Below are positions 1-11,365 of a stretch of DNA of 64,000 bases, piece after piece. A program made the translations under genes and the position numbers. The notes under the pieces were generated by a model. That model was not told the origin of the DNA and searched no databases. It saw nothing but the letters and a program-made list of their open reading frames with translations. The DNA is from Lama guanicoe. Lineage: Eukaryota. The stretch spans positions 8,715,367 to 8,779,366 of the forward strand of contig MU054220.1 in the NCBI GenBank assembly GCA_013239625.1, in the 5' to 3' direction. How positions within the stretch are numbered: the first letter of the stretch is position 1; the number at the start of each line of letters is the position of its first letter.

Positions 1-145
1 TCTTAGCTAATGTTCTTACTTCTACTGTTTACTACTAATTAAAGATCATAAATGTAGTGAAGTCACATGTTAACTTGATTTTGTTTAAAAATGTGCCAAA
101 AATTTCAGTCCAGTTGAACTGAAGCCATTAAACTATCCAAACATT

Positions 146-252
146 TTATATATATATAACATATAATATATATATATAACATAATGTTATATATGTTATA
201 TATATATTATATATATAAAATATATATTTATGTGTGTGCATATACACACACA
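146..252. repeat. (TA)n-rich low-complexity tract ending in TG/CA dinucleotides
   Basis: Visible TATATA/TATAAC/GTTATA repeats, loosely self-complementary around AACATAATGTT. Confidence 0.85.
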
Positions 253-396
253 AAATAATCTTTGAACAAGTCGTAACATCTTATTGGCCCCCCTCGCTAA
301 TTAATGAATTGAATTTAAATTTTGATATGTATTCAGTTTACACATGCATGCGAATCATGGTTTTTAATCTCTTGAAAATTTATGTTTTAACAATAG

Positions 397-505
397 GCTG
401 GAATCAGGCTATTTGACTTCAAATCCCTGTTCTACCATTTAATAACCTTGAGCAAATTAATCTCTTTGGATCACTTTTCTTGTATGTAAAATAAGAACAG
501 TATTT
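397..505 (+). mobile_element. MIR SINE core fragment
   Basis: TTCAAATCCCTGTTCTACCATTT...ACCTTGAGCAAATTAATCTCT...TGTAAAATAAG resembles the MIR core. Confidence 0.65.
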
Positions 506-548
506 CTTTGTTCATATGACATTACCTGGCAAATAAGCAGTGTTTTAA

Positions 549-607
549 ATTTTTCTTTCTTTTTTTCTTACACTTTTTGTTTGTTCTTTTGGGGGGATAA
601 TTAGGCT

Positions 608-675
<68 letters not shown>

Positions 676-804
676 TCCTTCCTTCCTTCCTTCCTTCCTT
701 CCTTCCTTCCTTCCTTCCTTCCTTTAATGGAGGTGCTGGGCATCGAACCCAGGACTTTGTGCATACTAAGCACACACTCTACCACTGAGATATACCCTTC
801 CCCG
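549..804 (-). mobile_element. tRNA-derived SINE, camelid Vic-1 type
   Basis: Minus strand reads GGGAAGGGTATATCTCAGTGGTAGAG (A box)...GGTTCGATGCCCAGCACCTCC (B box), then a purine linker, CCTAATTATCCCCCC and an A-rich tail; imperfect TSD ATAAGCAGTGTTTTAA (533-548) / ATGAGCAGTCTTTAA (805-819). Confidence 0.85.
606..724. repeat. Compound microsatellite (TTTC)n(TTCC)n
   Basis: Directly visible; lies in the internal A-rich linker of the SINE. Confidence 0.97.
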
Positions 805-1327
805 ATGAGCAGTCTTTAATGTTTCTTCTCCTTTGATTCTTTCTTCTCCTTCATCTTCTTATACTGTTTATCCAAGAAAATTGGATAAATTTGAAAATTG
901 TTTAACTATATTGTATATTTTCAGAATGACTTTCCATGGATTTTAATAACCATTCATGTTTTTATTTACTAATTATTTATGTTATCCTACCAAGAGTATT
1001 AAGTACCTCTTGTTCAGGATCTAAGCTGAACAAGATTGTTCCATATTCCTCTTTCCTTGTCTGTTTGCTCTGATGCTTCAATTACTATAATTGCTTTCTC
1101 TCTCAAGTGTGGCATTTCAACCAACCAACAATTTCTGTGACCTCCTGGAATCAGCCCCACATCCACACATATCTTACATCATAGGCAATCACAAGCTATC
1201 ATTCATGCCCTTACTTATTTCTATGACCAGCAAACTGCATCTAGATCTTTCTCACTGATGCCATGTCATAGGAGATACAATAGTATCTAATCAGGGTTGT
1301 TTAGGACTTTATTGGTCTTTCTTTGTG

Positions 1328-1781
1328 TGTCAACTGATGAAAAATTCACCACCTAAAAGTCATGAGTTATGTTTTATTAAGGAACCTTACTGAGAACTAT
1401 AGCCCACAAGACTCTCTCAGGCAGCTCTGAGGAACTTCTCCAAAGAGGTAAGGGAGGATCCAGGATACTTAGGAGTTTTTTTTAGAAAAAAAACAAAAAA
1501 GAAAGTAAAAATGTGTACTCCAACATCAAAAGATTACTGCTAATCACAAAAAGAGGCATCTCAAGTTAATGATTTTAGTACTTTTCATGTATGGGAAGAT
1601 GCAAGAGTCTGGGCTCACTGAATTATTCCTTAGATATGCATCTTAACTTATCTAGGGCCAGTATCTAGGTTTTTCCCCATCCTGAATTCCCCTAGGGACC
1701 AACCTTCCAGGCAGCTACAGTGGCTGATGGCAGACAGCATTCCTTGTTTACTGAAATAGCAGGCAATGATTTTTGTCTGCC
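1328..1781 (-). mobile_element. ERV1-class solo LTR (MER41-like artiodactyl family), older diverged copy
   Basis: Colinear with the copies at 5810, 18451 and 23079 (TGTCAACTGA...CTAAAAGT...GCATCTCAAGTTAA...CTAGGGCCAGTATC...TGTTTACTGA) but more diverged. Confidence 0.8.
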
Positions 1782-1904
1782 TTTGTAAAGAAACAAATGA
1801 AAATAATGAAATGCGGCAGTTTGGTCATACAGTCATATATATCCTTTTAAATTGGGGTTTGGGGAATCTTACAGCTTTATTTTGCTAATAGTAGTGGTAG
1901 CACA

Positions 1905-2110
1905 GTAAGAATAACTTACGGATGGATGACACCTGACAGATTTCACACGTTTGCTTCCCCATTGTCTCCGTGAATCCTTTATACAATTTCTGTGATTTAT
2001 AGCATCCTCATTTTACAGATGCAGGAATTGAGAACCATAGAGTTTACCCAAATCGCCCCCAGCTCATGGAGCCGCAAGAAGCAGAGGCAGGACTCAAAAT
2101 AAGCTGGGTT
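1905..2110 (-). mobile_element. MIR SINE
   Basis: ATCCTCATTTTACAGATGCAGGAATTGAG...TTACCCAAATC...GCAGAGGCAGGACTCAAA is the reverse-complemented MIR core. Confidence 0.7.
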
Positions 2111-2489
2111 AAAGAAAGCAGTTTGATTCCAGTCCCTTTGCTCTTCTCATTATTCCATGTTTCCCCTTCTCTTTTCAGTGAAATTAACAATAACCATCCC
2201 AGAGGAAAAAAGTTAACTATGACATTTAATGACTACTCCACAATAGTCACAGCAGCGCCGACGCCAGAAAAAAACAAATCCTAAAAGATGCCTCTAAAAT
2301 AAATCATCTGTTTCTTTCTCAGAAGGTCACGTTTAGACATGTGTGACTCACAGTGTTTTTATCTTTGGTCATGAACCACCATCTATTCTAAAGTTCAGTA
2401 TAATTCAAAACTAAGACTGACTTAATTTTGGTGTTGTTAAAATATGATCCCTACTTGAAGAAACCTCTCTGCAAATCTCATTACCACTT

Positions 2490-2833
2490 TTTTTTAATAG
2501 TTTTCTATATGTATTTATTTATTTATTTTTATTGAAGTATATAGTCAGTTACAATGTGTCAATCTCTGGTGTACAGTATAATGTCCCAGTCAGGCATATA
2601 CATACATATATTTGTTTTCATATTCTTTTTCATTAAAGGTTATTGCAAAATATTGAATCTAGTTCCCTGTGCTATACAGAAGAAACTTGTTTTTTATCGA
2701 TTTTTATATATAATAGTTAATATTTGCAAACCTCAAACTCCCAAATTTATTCCTTCCCATCCTATTTCGCTCAGTATCACTTACATGTGGAATTAAAGAC
2801 ACAAGTGAACTTATTTATAAATCAGAAACAGAT
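2490..2833 (-). mobile_element. 5'-truncated L1 3' end with short 5' inversion
   Basis: Poly-T, TTATTGAAGTATA...TAGTTCCCTGTGCTATACAG (L1 3'UTR antisense), then sense-oriented TATCACTTACATGTGGAAT...GAACTTATTTAT; TSD TCATTACCACTT (2478-2489) / TCATTACTACTT (2834-2845). Confidence 0.85.
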
Positions 2834-3999
2834 TCATTACTACTTGATCTAACACCCAGGTTTTCCTAACACGATCTCATTCAAATTTGGCTTGCCTGAT
2901 TGGCAAATGCTTAGAGATTAGTGGGTAGAATTTTATGGTTGAACAGCAAGGGAGGCTAGTGAAAATCTATGACTACATTGGCTCCGGAACAGGGCTTGCA
3001 AGTTATAAACAACTCCAGGTAATAGTCTTACAAGCGGTGAGTGCTCTAAATCTTTGTTTTCTATCACAGCATCAATGTTATCTCTGAGAAAAGCATGGGT
3101 TTACTTACCATTTGTGAGCTTCATAGCCAGAGGGATAAACAGCCTGAACAAAAAAAGTGTGAGACATAAACTTGGCTGGAATTTAAAGGGGTAAATGCAT
3201 TATAATAAGTAAATTACAGGAATAACCAGGGGTCATAAAAATGAATGCCAAAATATTCCAAATCTGAAGATTATTGGCCCTGAAGATGAATTTATTTTCC
3301 CTGATTAGTAAACAGAAGCTTTCCCGCAAAACCTTATCTAACAGGCAAGATTACATTTACCCTACCTTGTACCTGTAGCGACATGGAAAAACAGCTTAAA
3401 TCAAATTTCCGTTTGTAGAAGTTAATTTTTTTTCTCAAAACTTCACATTACAGACAACAAGGCTTTTTGCTTGAAACCATTATAATATTGATACTTTCTG
3501 GTGGATCTGTTTAGCGGTTTTTTTTTTAATTTATTTTCTTCAAAGCAGCATTAATGTATTTTTAAAGTAACAATCTATCAGTTGAGTATCATGTTCCTAG
3601 TAACAAACAGTCTGAGTTTTCTTGTACACACAACATAAATTTCAGTCACTTTCCCTATGAAGAATAAAATTATAGGAATTATTTTCTGCCTAATTAAATG
3701 GTGGCTTTCACTAATAAATTCCTTCAGAAAGCAACCTTGTAAGATAAAGAAAATGGCTTTTTTTATGGTCCACTCATGTCTGTCAGGACAGAAACAAAGT
3801 TATAGCCCCTCAAACCAACCAACAAAAAACTCCATAAGGTCTTTTTCTTGGACACTTCACCTTGACTTCCAGAAAACCGTATCTGAAGTAAATTAAAATG
3901 AATAGTACATTCTTTTGCAAAGAGATTCAAAGTAGACCAATTACTTTTGTTTTCATTGTGTTGTGAAGCATTTATCCTCCTGTTTGTAAATCTTACAGT

Positions 4000-4427
4000 T
4001 GTCAACTGAAATAAATGGACAGCCTAAAAGTTGAGAGTTATGTTTCATTTGGCGGACATTTCTGAGGACTCAAACCCCTTGGAGCCTGGGATGACAGCCT
4101 CTCAGATGGCTCTGAGGGACTGCTCCCAAGAGGTAGGGGAGGAGCTAGGATATACAGGTGCTTTACAACAGAGACCAGGTAGTTGGAACATTAAAAGAGT
4201 ACTTGTTAACTAAAAACCAGGCATCTCAAGTTAAAGAATTTAGCACTTCTCTATGTATGGGAGGGAGCAAATATTTGGGCTCATGAATTCATTCCTTTGA
4301 CAAGCATCTAGCCATCTAGGGCCAGTATCCTGTCCTTTCTTATTCTGAGGCCCCTCAGAATGCACCACTGTGAGTGGCTGCAGAGGCTGCGCTGCAGGCT
4401 GGTCTTCACTGGGCGGGGTGGGGGGGG
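4000..4427 (-). mobile_element. ERV1-class LTR (MER41-like), truncated by assembly gap; duplicate of 5810-6237
   Basis: Same sequence and same left flank as the 5810 copy, with one substitution seen (4111 T vs 5921 C). Confidence 0.85.
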
Positions 4428-5209
4428 NNNNNNNNNNNNNNNNNNNNNNNNNNNNNNNNNNNNNNNNNNNNNNNNNNNNNNNNNNNNNNNNNNNNNNNNN
4501 NNNNNNNNNNNNNNNNNNNNNNNNNNNNNNNNNNNNNNNNNNNNNNNNNNNNNNNNNNNNNNNNNNNNNNNNNNNNNNNNNNNNNNNNNNNNNNNNNNNN
4601 NNNNNNNNNNNNNNNNNNNNNNNNNNNNNNNNNNNNNNNNNNNNNNNNNNNNNNNNNNNNNNNNNNNNNNNNNNNNNNNNNNNNNNNNNNNNNNNNNNNN
4701 NNNNNNNNNNNNNNNNNNNNNNNNNNNNNNNNNNNNNNNNNNNNNNNNNNNNNNNNNNNNNNNNNNNNNNNNNNNNNNNNNNNNNNNNNNNNNNNNNNNN
4801 NNNNNNNNNNNNNNNNNNNNNNNNNNNNNNNNNNNNNNNNNNNNNNNNNNNNNNNNNNNNNNNNNNNNNNNNNNNNNNNNNNNNNNNNNNNNNNNNNNNN
4901 NNNNNNNNNNNNNNNNNNNNNNNNNNNNNNNNNNNNNNNNNNNNNNNNNNNNNNNNNNNNNNNNNNNNNNNNNNNNNNNNNNNNNNNNNNNNNNNNNNNN
5001 NNNNNNNNNNNNNNNNNNNNNNNNNNNNNNNNNNNNNNNNNNNNNNNNNNNNNNNNNNNNNNNNNNNNNNNNNNNNNNNNNNNNNNNNNNNNNNNNNNNN
5101 NNNNNNNNNNNNNNNNNNNNNNNNNNNNNNNNNNNNNNNNNNNNNNNNNNNNNNNNNNNNNNNNNNNNNNNNNNNNNNNNNNNNNNNNNNNNNNNNNNNN
5201 NNNNNNNNN
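4428..5209. other. Assembly gap (782 N)
   Basis: Run of N. Confidence 1.
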
Positions 5210-5619
5210 AAGGAAAGTGTGCAAATTCTTTAGCTCCATAATTATGACTCCAGTACACTTAACATTGATAGGTTACAAGTCTGTGCATGTCAAGGGGAAA
5301 TGAGTTTATTAAAACTGTAACACCAGTTGAAAATATCAGGAAAAAAATTATATGTGTGAAATGCATGTGTTTATATCTTGATACTTACATCCATATCGAT
5401 ATCTACATCCATCTCTTGCTTGAACAAAAATGTCAAATCTTCATTGTGATGAGTCTCCTTCTCTCTCAGAGAGCTGGTGTTTCTAATTTAACAAATTGAA
5501 AAACCTGTCTCTGGTTCCTTTAGTCTCTGTGTTCTTCTCCTTAGTAAGAACAATTTCTCTACAGAGGTGACACTTTACCTTTTGATTGTTACATCTATTG
5601 CCAGCGATAGGCCCAAAGA
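5210..5619 (+). repeat. Near-identical direct copy of 7431-7838
   Basis: Aligns end to end with three substitutions and small indels. Confidence 0.95.
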
Positions 5620-5761
5620 NNNNNNNNNNNNNNNNNNNNNNNNNNNNNNNNNNNNNNNNNNNNNNNNNNNNNNNNNNNNNNNNNNNNNNNNNNNNNNNNN
5701 NNNNNNNNNNNNNNNNNNNNNNNNNNNNNNNNNNNNNNNNNNNNNNNNNNNNNNNNNNNNN
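5620..5761. other. Assembly gap (142 N)
   Basis: Run of N. Confidence 1.
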
Positions 5762-5809
5762 TTTCATTGTGTGTGAAGCATTTATCCTCCTGTTTGTAAA
5801 TCTTACAGT

Positions 5810-6314
5810 TGTCAACTGAAATAAATGGACAGCCTAAAAGTTGAGAGTTATGTTTCATTTGGCGGACATTTCTGAGGACTCAAACCCCTTGGAGCCTGGG
5901 ATGACAGCCTCTCAGATGGCCCTGAGGGACTGCTCCCAAGAGGTAGGGGAGGAGCTAGGATATACAGGTGCTTTACAACAGAGACCAGGTAGTTGGAACA
6001 TTAAAAGAGTACTTGTTAACTAAAAACCAGGCATCTCAAGTTAAAGAATTTAGCACTTCTCTATGTATGGGAGGGAGCAAATATTTGGGCTCATGAATTC
6101 ATTCCTTTGACAAGCATCTAGCCATCTAGGGCCAGTATCCTGTCCTTTCTTATTCTGAGGCCCCTCAGAATGCACCACTGTGAGTGGCTGCAGAGGCTGC
6201 GCTGCAGGCTGGTCTTCACTGGGCGGGGTGGGGGGGGTGGCGGCAGCCGCTGATGACTTGATGGCTTCAGCATTCTTTGTTTACCGATATGGTTTGCAGT
6301 ATTTTGCCTTCACA
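5810..6314 (-). mobile_element. Complete ERV1-class solo LTR (MER41-like)
   Basis: TG...CA termini, 505 bp, perfect 4-bp TSD CAGT (5806-5809 / 6315-6318), the TSD length typical of ERV1. Confidence 0.9.
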
Positions 6315-6400
6315 CAGTCAATGAAACTGGAAGTGGGAGAATCAACTGTCCTTGCCTTTAAGCAGTCTTCAGAAAGACACCTCTCTGTGCCTGCACCACT

Positions 6401-6731
6401 GTTTGTTTGTTTGTCTTCATTTATTTTTTTATTGAAGTATAGTCAGTTACAATGTGCCAATTTCTGGTGTACAACATAATAAACTCCAAGTAAGGTACAT
6501 ATATACATGTATATTCGTTTTCATATCCTTTTTCATTAAAGGTTATTATTACAAGATATTGAATCTAGTTCCCTGTGCTATACAGAAGAAATTTGCTTTT
6601 TTTAAAATCTATTTTTATATACAGTGGTTAACATTTGCAAATCTCAAACTTCCAAATTTATCCCTTCACACCCCCTTTTCCCCAGTAACTCATCTACAAA
6701 ACAGAAACGGACCTGCGGACGTAGTAAACAT
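6401..6731 (-). mobile_element. 5'-truncated L1 3' end with short 5' inversion
   Basis: T-rich tail, ATTGAAGTATAGTCAGTTACAATG...TAGTTCCCTGTGCTATACAG antisense; switches at ~6687 to sense ACTCATCTACAAAACAGAAAC. Confidence 0.85.
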
Positions 6732-7924
6732 GCAGTCCCTTTCCTTTTTATTTTTTTGTATATATAAATAGCTAGAAATATGTAATATGAGGCAGGAAGT
6801 ACATTCTACATAGACTTATTTTATTTTACTTTATTTTATTTCTGTAGAGGTAAATGTTTAGATTCCCTTCTGAGACAGTTGGATATACCAAAACTCCCAA
6901 ACAAATCTGTGTGATAGTTCGTGAAAGTGCTCAATGTTTTCCTACCTAATTTTTATCAAAGCACATTTAGTAATTATCAGAGTATTTATATTTAGTAGTA
7001 TGAAAGTCTCTGGACCATAAATTGGAATGTAAGTCAGTGAAATAATCCATTTATTTTAGGATATTATTGCCCTATTCAGTCCCATGAATCTTGAACAGAT
7101 TCCATTAATCTATGGGCATTTCAGTTCATAAGTATTGCTCAGCTAAATCCCCATCATCCAGAACGCCTTTCTAAAAACTGAGATGGCATTCACATTCATA
7201 TTCAAGTAAAAGAAGACTGTGGCATGTTTCTTTCAGAATAGTTCACCTCTTGTTCCCTACACGTTATTTTTGCCTGCAGAGCTGTACAATGACAACATTA
7301 TAATTTAATCAATCCCATACAGTTCCTCATCTCCGTTAATTAGTTGTGTTTTGTGCTCAAGGCTAGATTATCAAAAGTCTCACACATCTCCCATACAGGA
7401 CCCATCAGAAAACCGTAACATATCCGAGCCAAGGAAAGTGAGATGCAAATTCTTTAGCTCCATAATTATGACTCCAGTACACTTAACATTGGTAGGTTAC
7501 AAGTCTGTGCATGCCAAGGGGAAATGAGTTTATTAAAACGGTAACACCAGTTGAAAATATCAGGAAAAAAATGTGTGAAATGCATGTGTTTATATCTTGA
7601 TACTTACATCCATATCGATATCTACATCCATCTCTTGCTTGAACAAAAATGTCAAATCTTCATTGTGATGAGTCTCCTTCTCTCTCAGAGAGCTGGTGTT
7701 TCTAATTTAACAAATTGAAAAACCTGTCTCTGGTTCCTTTAGTCTCTGTGTTCTTCTCCTTAGTAAGAACAATTTCTCTACAGAGGTGACACTTTACCTT
7801 TTGATTGTTACATCTATTGCCAGCGATAGGCCCAAAGAAATTATTGTGATTACAGTGGGAAAAAAAAAATCAGACTGTCCTTAATGCTTATAATCTCTCT
7901 CTCTCTGTCTCTGGAGAAATAATA

Positions 7925-8425
7925 CAGGGTAGGCTGTACAGTTATAAACACACCCACATTTCAGAAAACTCCAAAACGTCAATGGTTTATCATAAAGAAA
8001 GTACTCATGGCTCATTCAGTGCAGGAGGAGGAAGAGGCTCCAAGCCTGAAGTTATGCAAGGATTTTCCCTCTAGGCATTTGCCAGGGCCCAGTAGACCTC
8101 CCCTCCACCGACTGAATTCAGTCACGAGCCATAATCCAGATGGATTGTGTGTGTGTGTGTTTTAACTGGGATATAACTGACGTATAACATTATATTAGTG
8201 TCAGGTGTACAACATGTTTTGATATGTGTATATATTGTGAAATAATTAATGTGTTTTTTTTTTTCCTTTATGTCCCAGGTCTGGAGGTAGCACATGTCCC
8301 TTCTGCTATGTGGTACTGGTGTCAGAACCCAGGCGCATGGCCCTACGTAAGTGCCAGGAAGATGAGACCACTTGCCTGACCATCTGCCATGAAGAAAAGG
8401 AGGGAGGACTTGGTGAACTCATCAT
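7925..8425 (-). mobile_element. Ancient MaLR LTR (MLT1K-like) containing a short L1 3'-end fragment at ~8160-8245
   Basis: CCAGGTCTGGAGGTAGCACATGTCCCTTCTGCT...GTCAGAACCCAGGCGCATGGCC resembles MLT1K; ACTGACGTATAACATTATATTAGTGTCAGGTGTACAACA is an L1 terminus. Confidence 0.55.
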
Positions 8426-8917
8426 TCTCTAGCCTCATGTGGGTTCTCCAGCCCATATATAATAACATATGCATCAGTATATATTCATACATATGAAACA
8501 AATCGGTTGAGATAAGATCACAAATTAACCTGAAAAAAATTATGCCACCAAAGCTGTAGAAAAGTGATGCCAACCAATATGCGCTCGTGAACTACCTCAA
8601 ACAAGCAGTGATGCGTTTGAAAGGGGTGGGGATGGAGTGACGTTAATACACGGCACAGATGTGCTAACATAACAGCAGCCACCCCTATAATATAATACAT
8701 AGTCACAGTTAGTCCTATTGCATGCCAAATGAGCTACACTTTGTTTCATCTGATTATGAGAATTACTTGTATCAACCCCTTTTACAGAGAGAAACGTGTT
8801 TTAGAGAGGGTAAAGATACAATGTTAAGCAACCTAATAAGTAGCTCTTAGAAACAATATTCATACCAGAGTCCATGATCAAAGACTTTAAAGTGCTACCC
8901 TTTCTTGCATAATAACC

Positions 8918-9086
8918 ACCCCCCCCAATACACACACTCAATACACGTTTGGGGAGAGCACTAAACATACCCTTATAAGAACATATTTAAACCCCCCCCA
9001 ACACACACACTTAAACTCACACTCTCTCTCTCTCTCATACACGTTTGGGGAGAGCACTAAACATACCCTTATAAGAACATATTTAA
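8918..9086 (+). repeat. Local tandem duplication with a 50-bp identical core
   Basis: 8941-8990 is identical to 9037-9086; each is preceded by ACCCCCCCCAA(T)ACACAC. Confidence 0.95.
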
Positions 9087-9294
9087 TAATTTCCATTAAA
9101 TAATTTGGAATTCTGAATTCTGTATCAAGTATGCCTTATCTCTTGATAGAATCATGTAGAGAATATGGGTGTGTATATGACTTGTCATGGGCGTAATGCT
9201 CATTTTATGACGAATTTAGCCTAACTCAACTCTTCAACTCCTCAATGTATTTTATTCATTCTAAACTTGTAAATAGTTTTTTACTAAAAATCTA

Positions 9295-9420
9295 TAATCT
9301 CTACTTGAATGTAAGAACCACGAGGGAAGGTGTTTTGTCTACTTTTGAGTTATATCAACAGGACCTAATATTGCACTTGGTAAGAACCGCATGAATAATA
9401 AGACAGCTAAATGGATGAAT
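9295..9420 (+). mobile_element. L2 3' end
   Basis: CTACTTGAATGTAAGAACCACGAGGGAAGG...TTTTGTCT...ATGGATGAAT resembles the L2 tail. Confidence 0.55.
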
Positions 9421-10897
9421 CCCTAGATGCTGAGAATGCAGTGATGTTGATGCAGACAATACCCAGGATGTCTACCACAGAGCTCGTGTTTCATCTCACA
9501 GATCAGTGAAACAAGCAACCTCGATCTATCCAGGAACATACCATGCCAGAGGAAAGAGACGCCAATGTGAAAGTGGACCATGATAAGCCGCAAATCACCA
9601 TGTACGCGCCAAGTCCTTATTTTTGTTATTACTGAAAATAAATGTTCACAACCCCTGTGCTCACTTAGCTCAGCCAAGAGAGGTTTCAGTGAGCAGCAGG
9701 TGACAGGCACATTACCCTACACAGAAGTGGCCTTCACAACGTAGGAGCTGCATGACCACTGATCACAGAAGCAGGCAAACAAGAAGACAGCCAGCAGCTC
9801 CCCTGCAAACCAGCTCCTGTACACAGAGGTGAAAAGCAAGTGTGACTGTGCAGAAAGAAGGAGGAACCTCTTGTTATCTGTAGACATTGCCCAAAGGCCA
9901 AGGTCACATTTAAAAAAAAAATGGAAAGAAATGGCACAGAGTCTTCCCCACCCTCCAAAAGTCAGTAAAGAATGAACTTCTTGGGGAAAACTTTGACATT
10001 TACAATGTTAATAGCAGCCACTGCTTAGCTGTTGCTTTTCCTTCAAGTGTCATCTAGCCTTGCTGTTATTCACACACTGCCCACGTTTCTGAACTTTTAT
10101 TTCGGGAGCACCACTCCCTTATTATTCTTTCCTTTTTCTTTGGTAAAATTGTACACTGAAGGCCTAACACCACTTTCCTTTCTCCTGTCTCTGGTTATGT
10201 TATTGATGAGTTGCTACAACTCCTTCTATGGACGGGTGGTGCCTCTGGATTTCGTTAATAGCGTGGATCCTGGCAAAATAAAACAATGCAACAGGAAATC
10301 AAATAAGATAATAAAAATTGTCCTTCTGGGTTATTGTCTTACTTTATATAGAAAAATGGATGCTGAATCTGAGGCTTTTTTTCCTCTATTTTGTCAGTTC
10401 CAAACAGGTAGTTTACAACCTTGTTATATCACTGTACATGTGTTTAATTTTATTGAAAAGTAAAATTTGATAAGTACTACATTTATCTATCAATGTCACT
10501 CACCATTTTATTTATCATTCTGAATTTGCAAATTATTTTACAATCTGATCCTCATTGGCAAAAAACTTTCAGATAGATCAGACAGATGATTGACAGACAG
10601 ATGCTACACCAAACACATTTACTCTTCCTTGATATGTCCCAAAGATGGTGTAATTATATTACTGTACTGTCTGATCGTGCAGTACCTCTGCTGTCATGTC
10701 TCATGCCAGAACATCAATAATTGTGATGTCATAACAGATTCTTGCCACTACTCGTCCTTATTGTTCCAACTTACTGCCTTTGAAGGAGGATTAATAAAGT
10801 GGCCACACTTAGGCTAACAGATTGCTAATTCTTACGCTCGCCCTTAAACGGTCAACTGACCTGACTGACAGGTTGCTACTCACAGTTCTAGGCCCAT

Positions 10898-11365
10898 TGT
10901 TAAAACTAAAGCTATTGGTCTTACTGTTTTCTACTTTATTCCAGTCATTGAAAGTAATAATCATGCTTGGTCTCTGAGTCCTTCTGCAAGGAGGTCAGAG
11001 GACTGTAACCTTACAAAATAGCCTGTATTACCAAGAAGACCACACCCTGAGTGCTTTAGAGATCAAAACGTGACAACCACTAGCCTCTAAAGAATTGGTT
11101 GCCCAAAGGCATCATAATGCCATTCTAAGTCTTCTGATGAGAAAATGATTCTGTTGATCGTTATCGATGCTTTATTGTTTGAGCTATGGCTGTATAGCCA
11201 TCTCACCCCCTCCCCAAGGGGGGCTCACAGTTTTGAAGGCACTAGCCTGCTGGGAGTCCCCTTTGCCTGGCAAAGCAATAAAACTACATCTTTTGTTCTA
11301 AGCTCTAAGACCTTGTCTCTGGGTTATTTGGCTCCACAGGGACGGGGGCCGATCTTCAGGCAACA
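10898..11365 (+). mobile_element. ERV1-class solo LTR (second family)
   Basis: TG...CA termini, GGCACTAGCCTGCTG...CCCCTTTGCCTGGCAAAGCAATAAAA (poly-A signal), ends GGCAACA; TSD CCAT/CCTT with one mismatch. Confidence 0.75.

Noticed and set aside
522..785. Lys/Arg/Glu-rich ORFs (RKEG/RKKE repeats)
   Set aside because: Translation of the (GAAA)n(GGAA)n microsatellite within a SINE
725..803. tRNA-like sequences here and at 40445-40510 as tRNA genes
   Set aside because: They have SINE bodies, A-rich tails and TSDs, with degenerate cloverleaf features
4308..5858. Long ORFs (up to 316 aa) in the ORF track
   Set aside because: They are mostly X residues from translating N gaps
9425..10463. Unique, more GC-balanced region with 74-143 aa ORFs
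   Set aside because: No recognisable protein in the frames examined and no convincing exon structure
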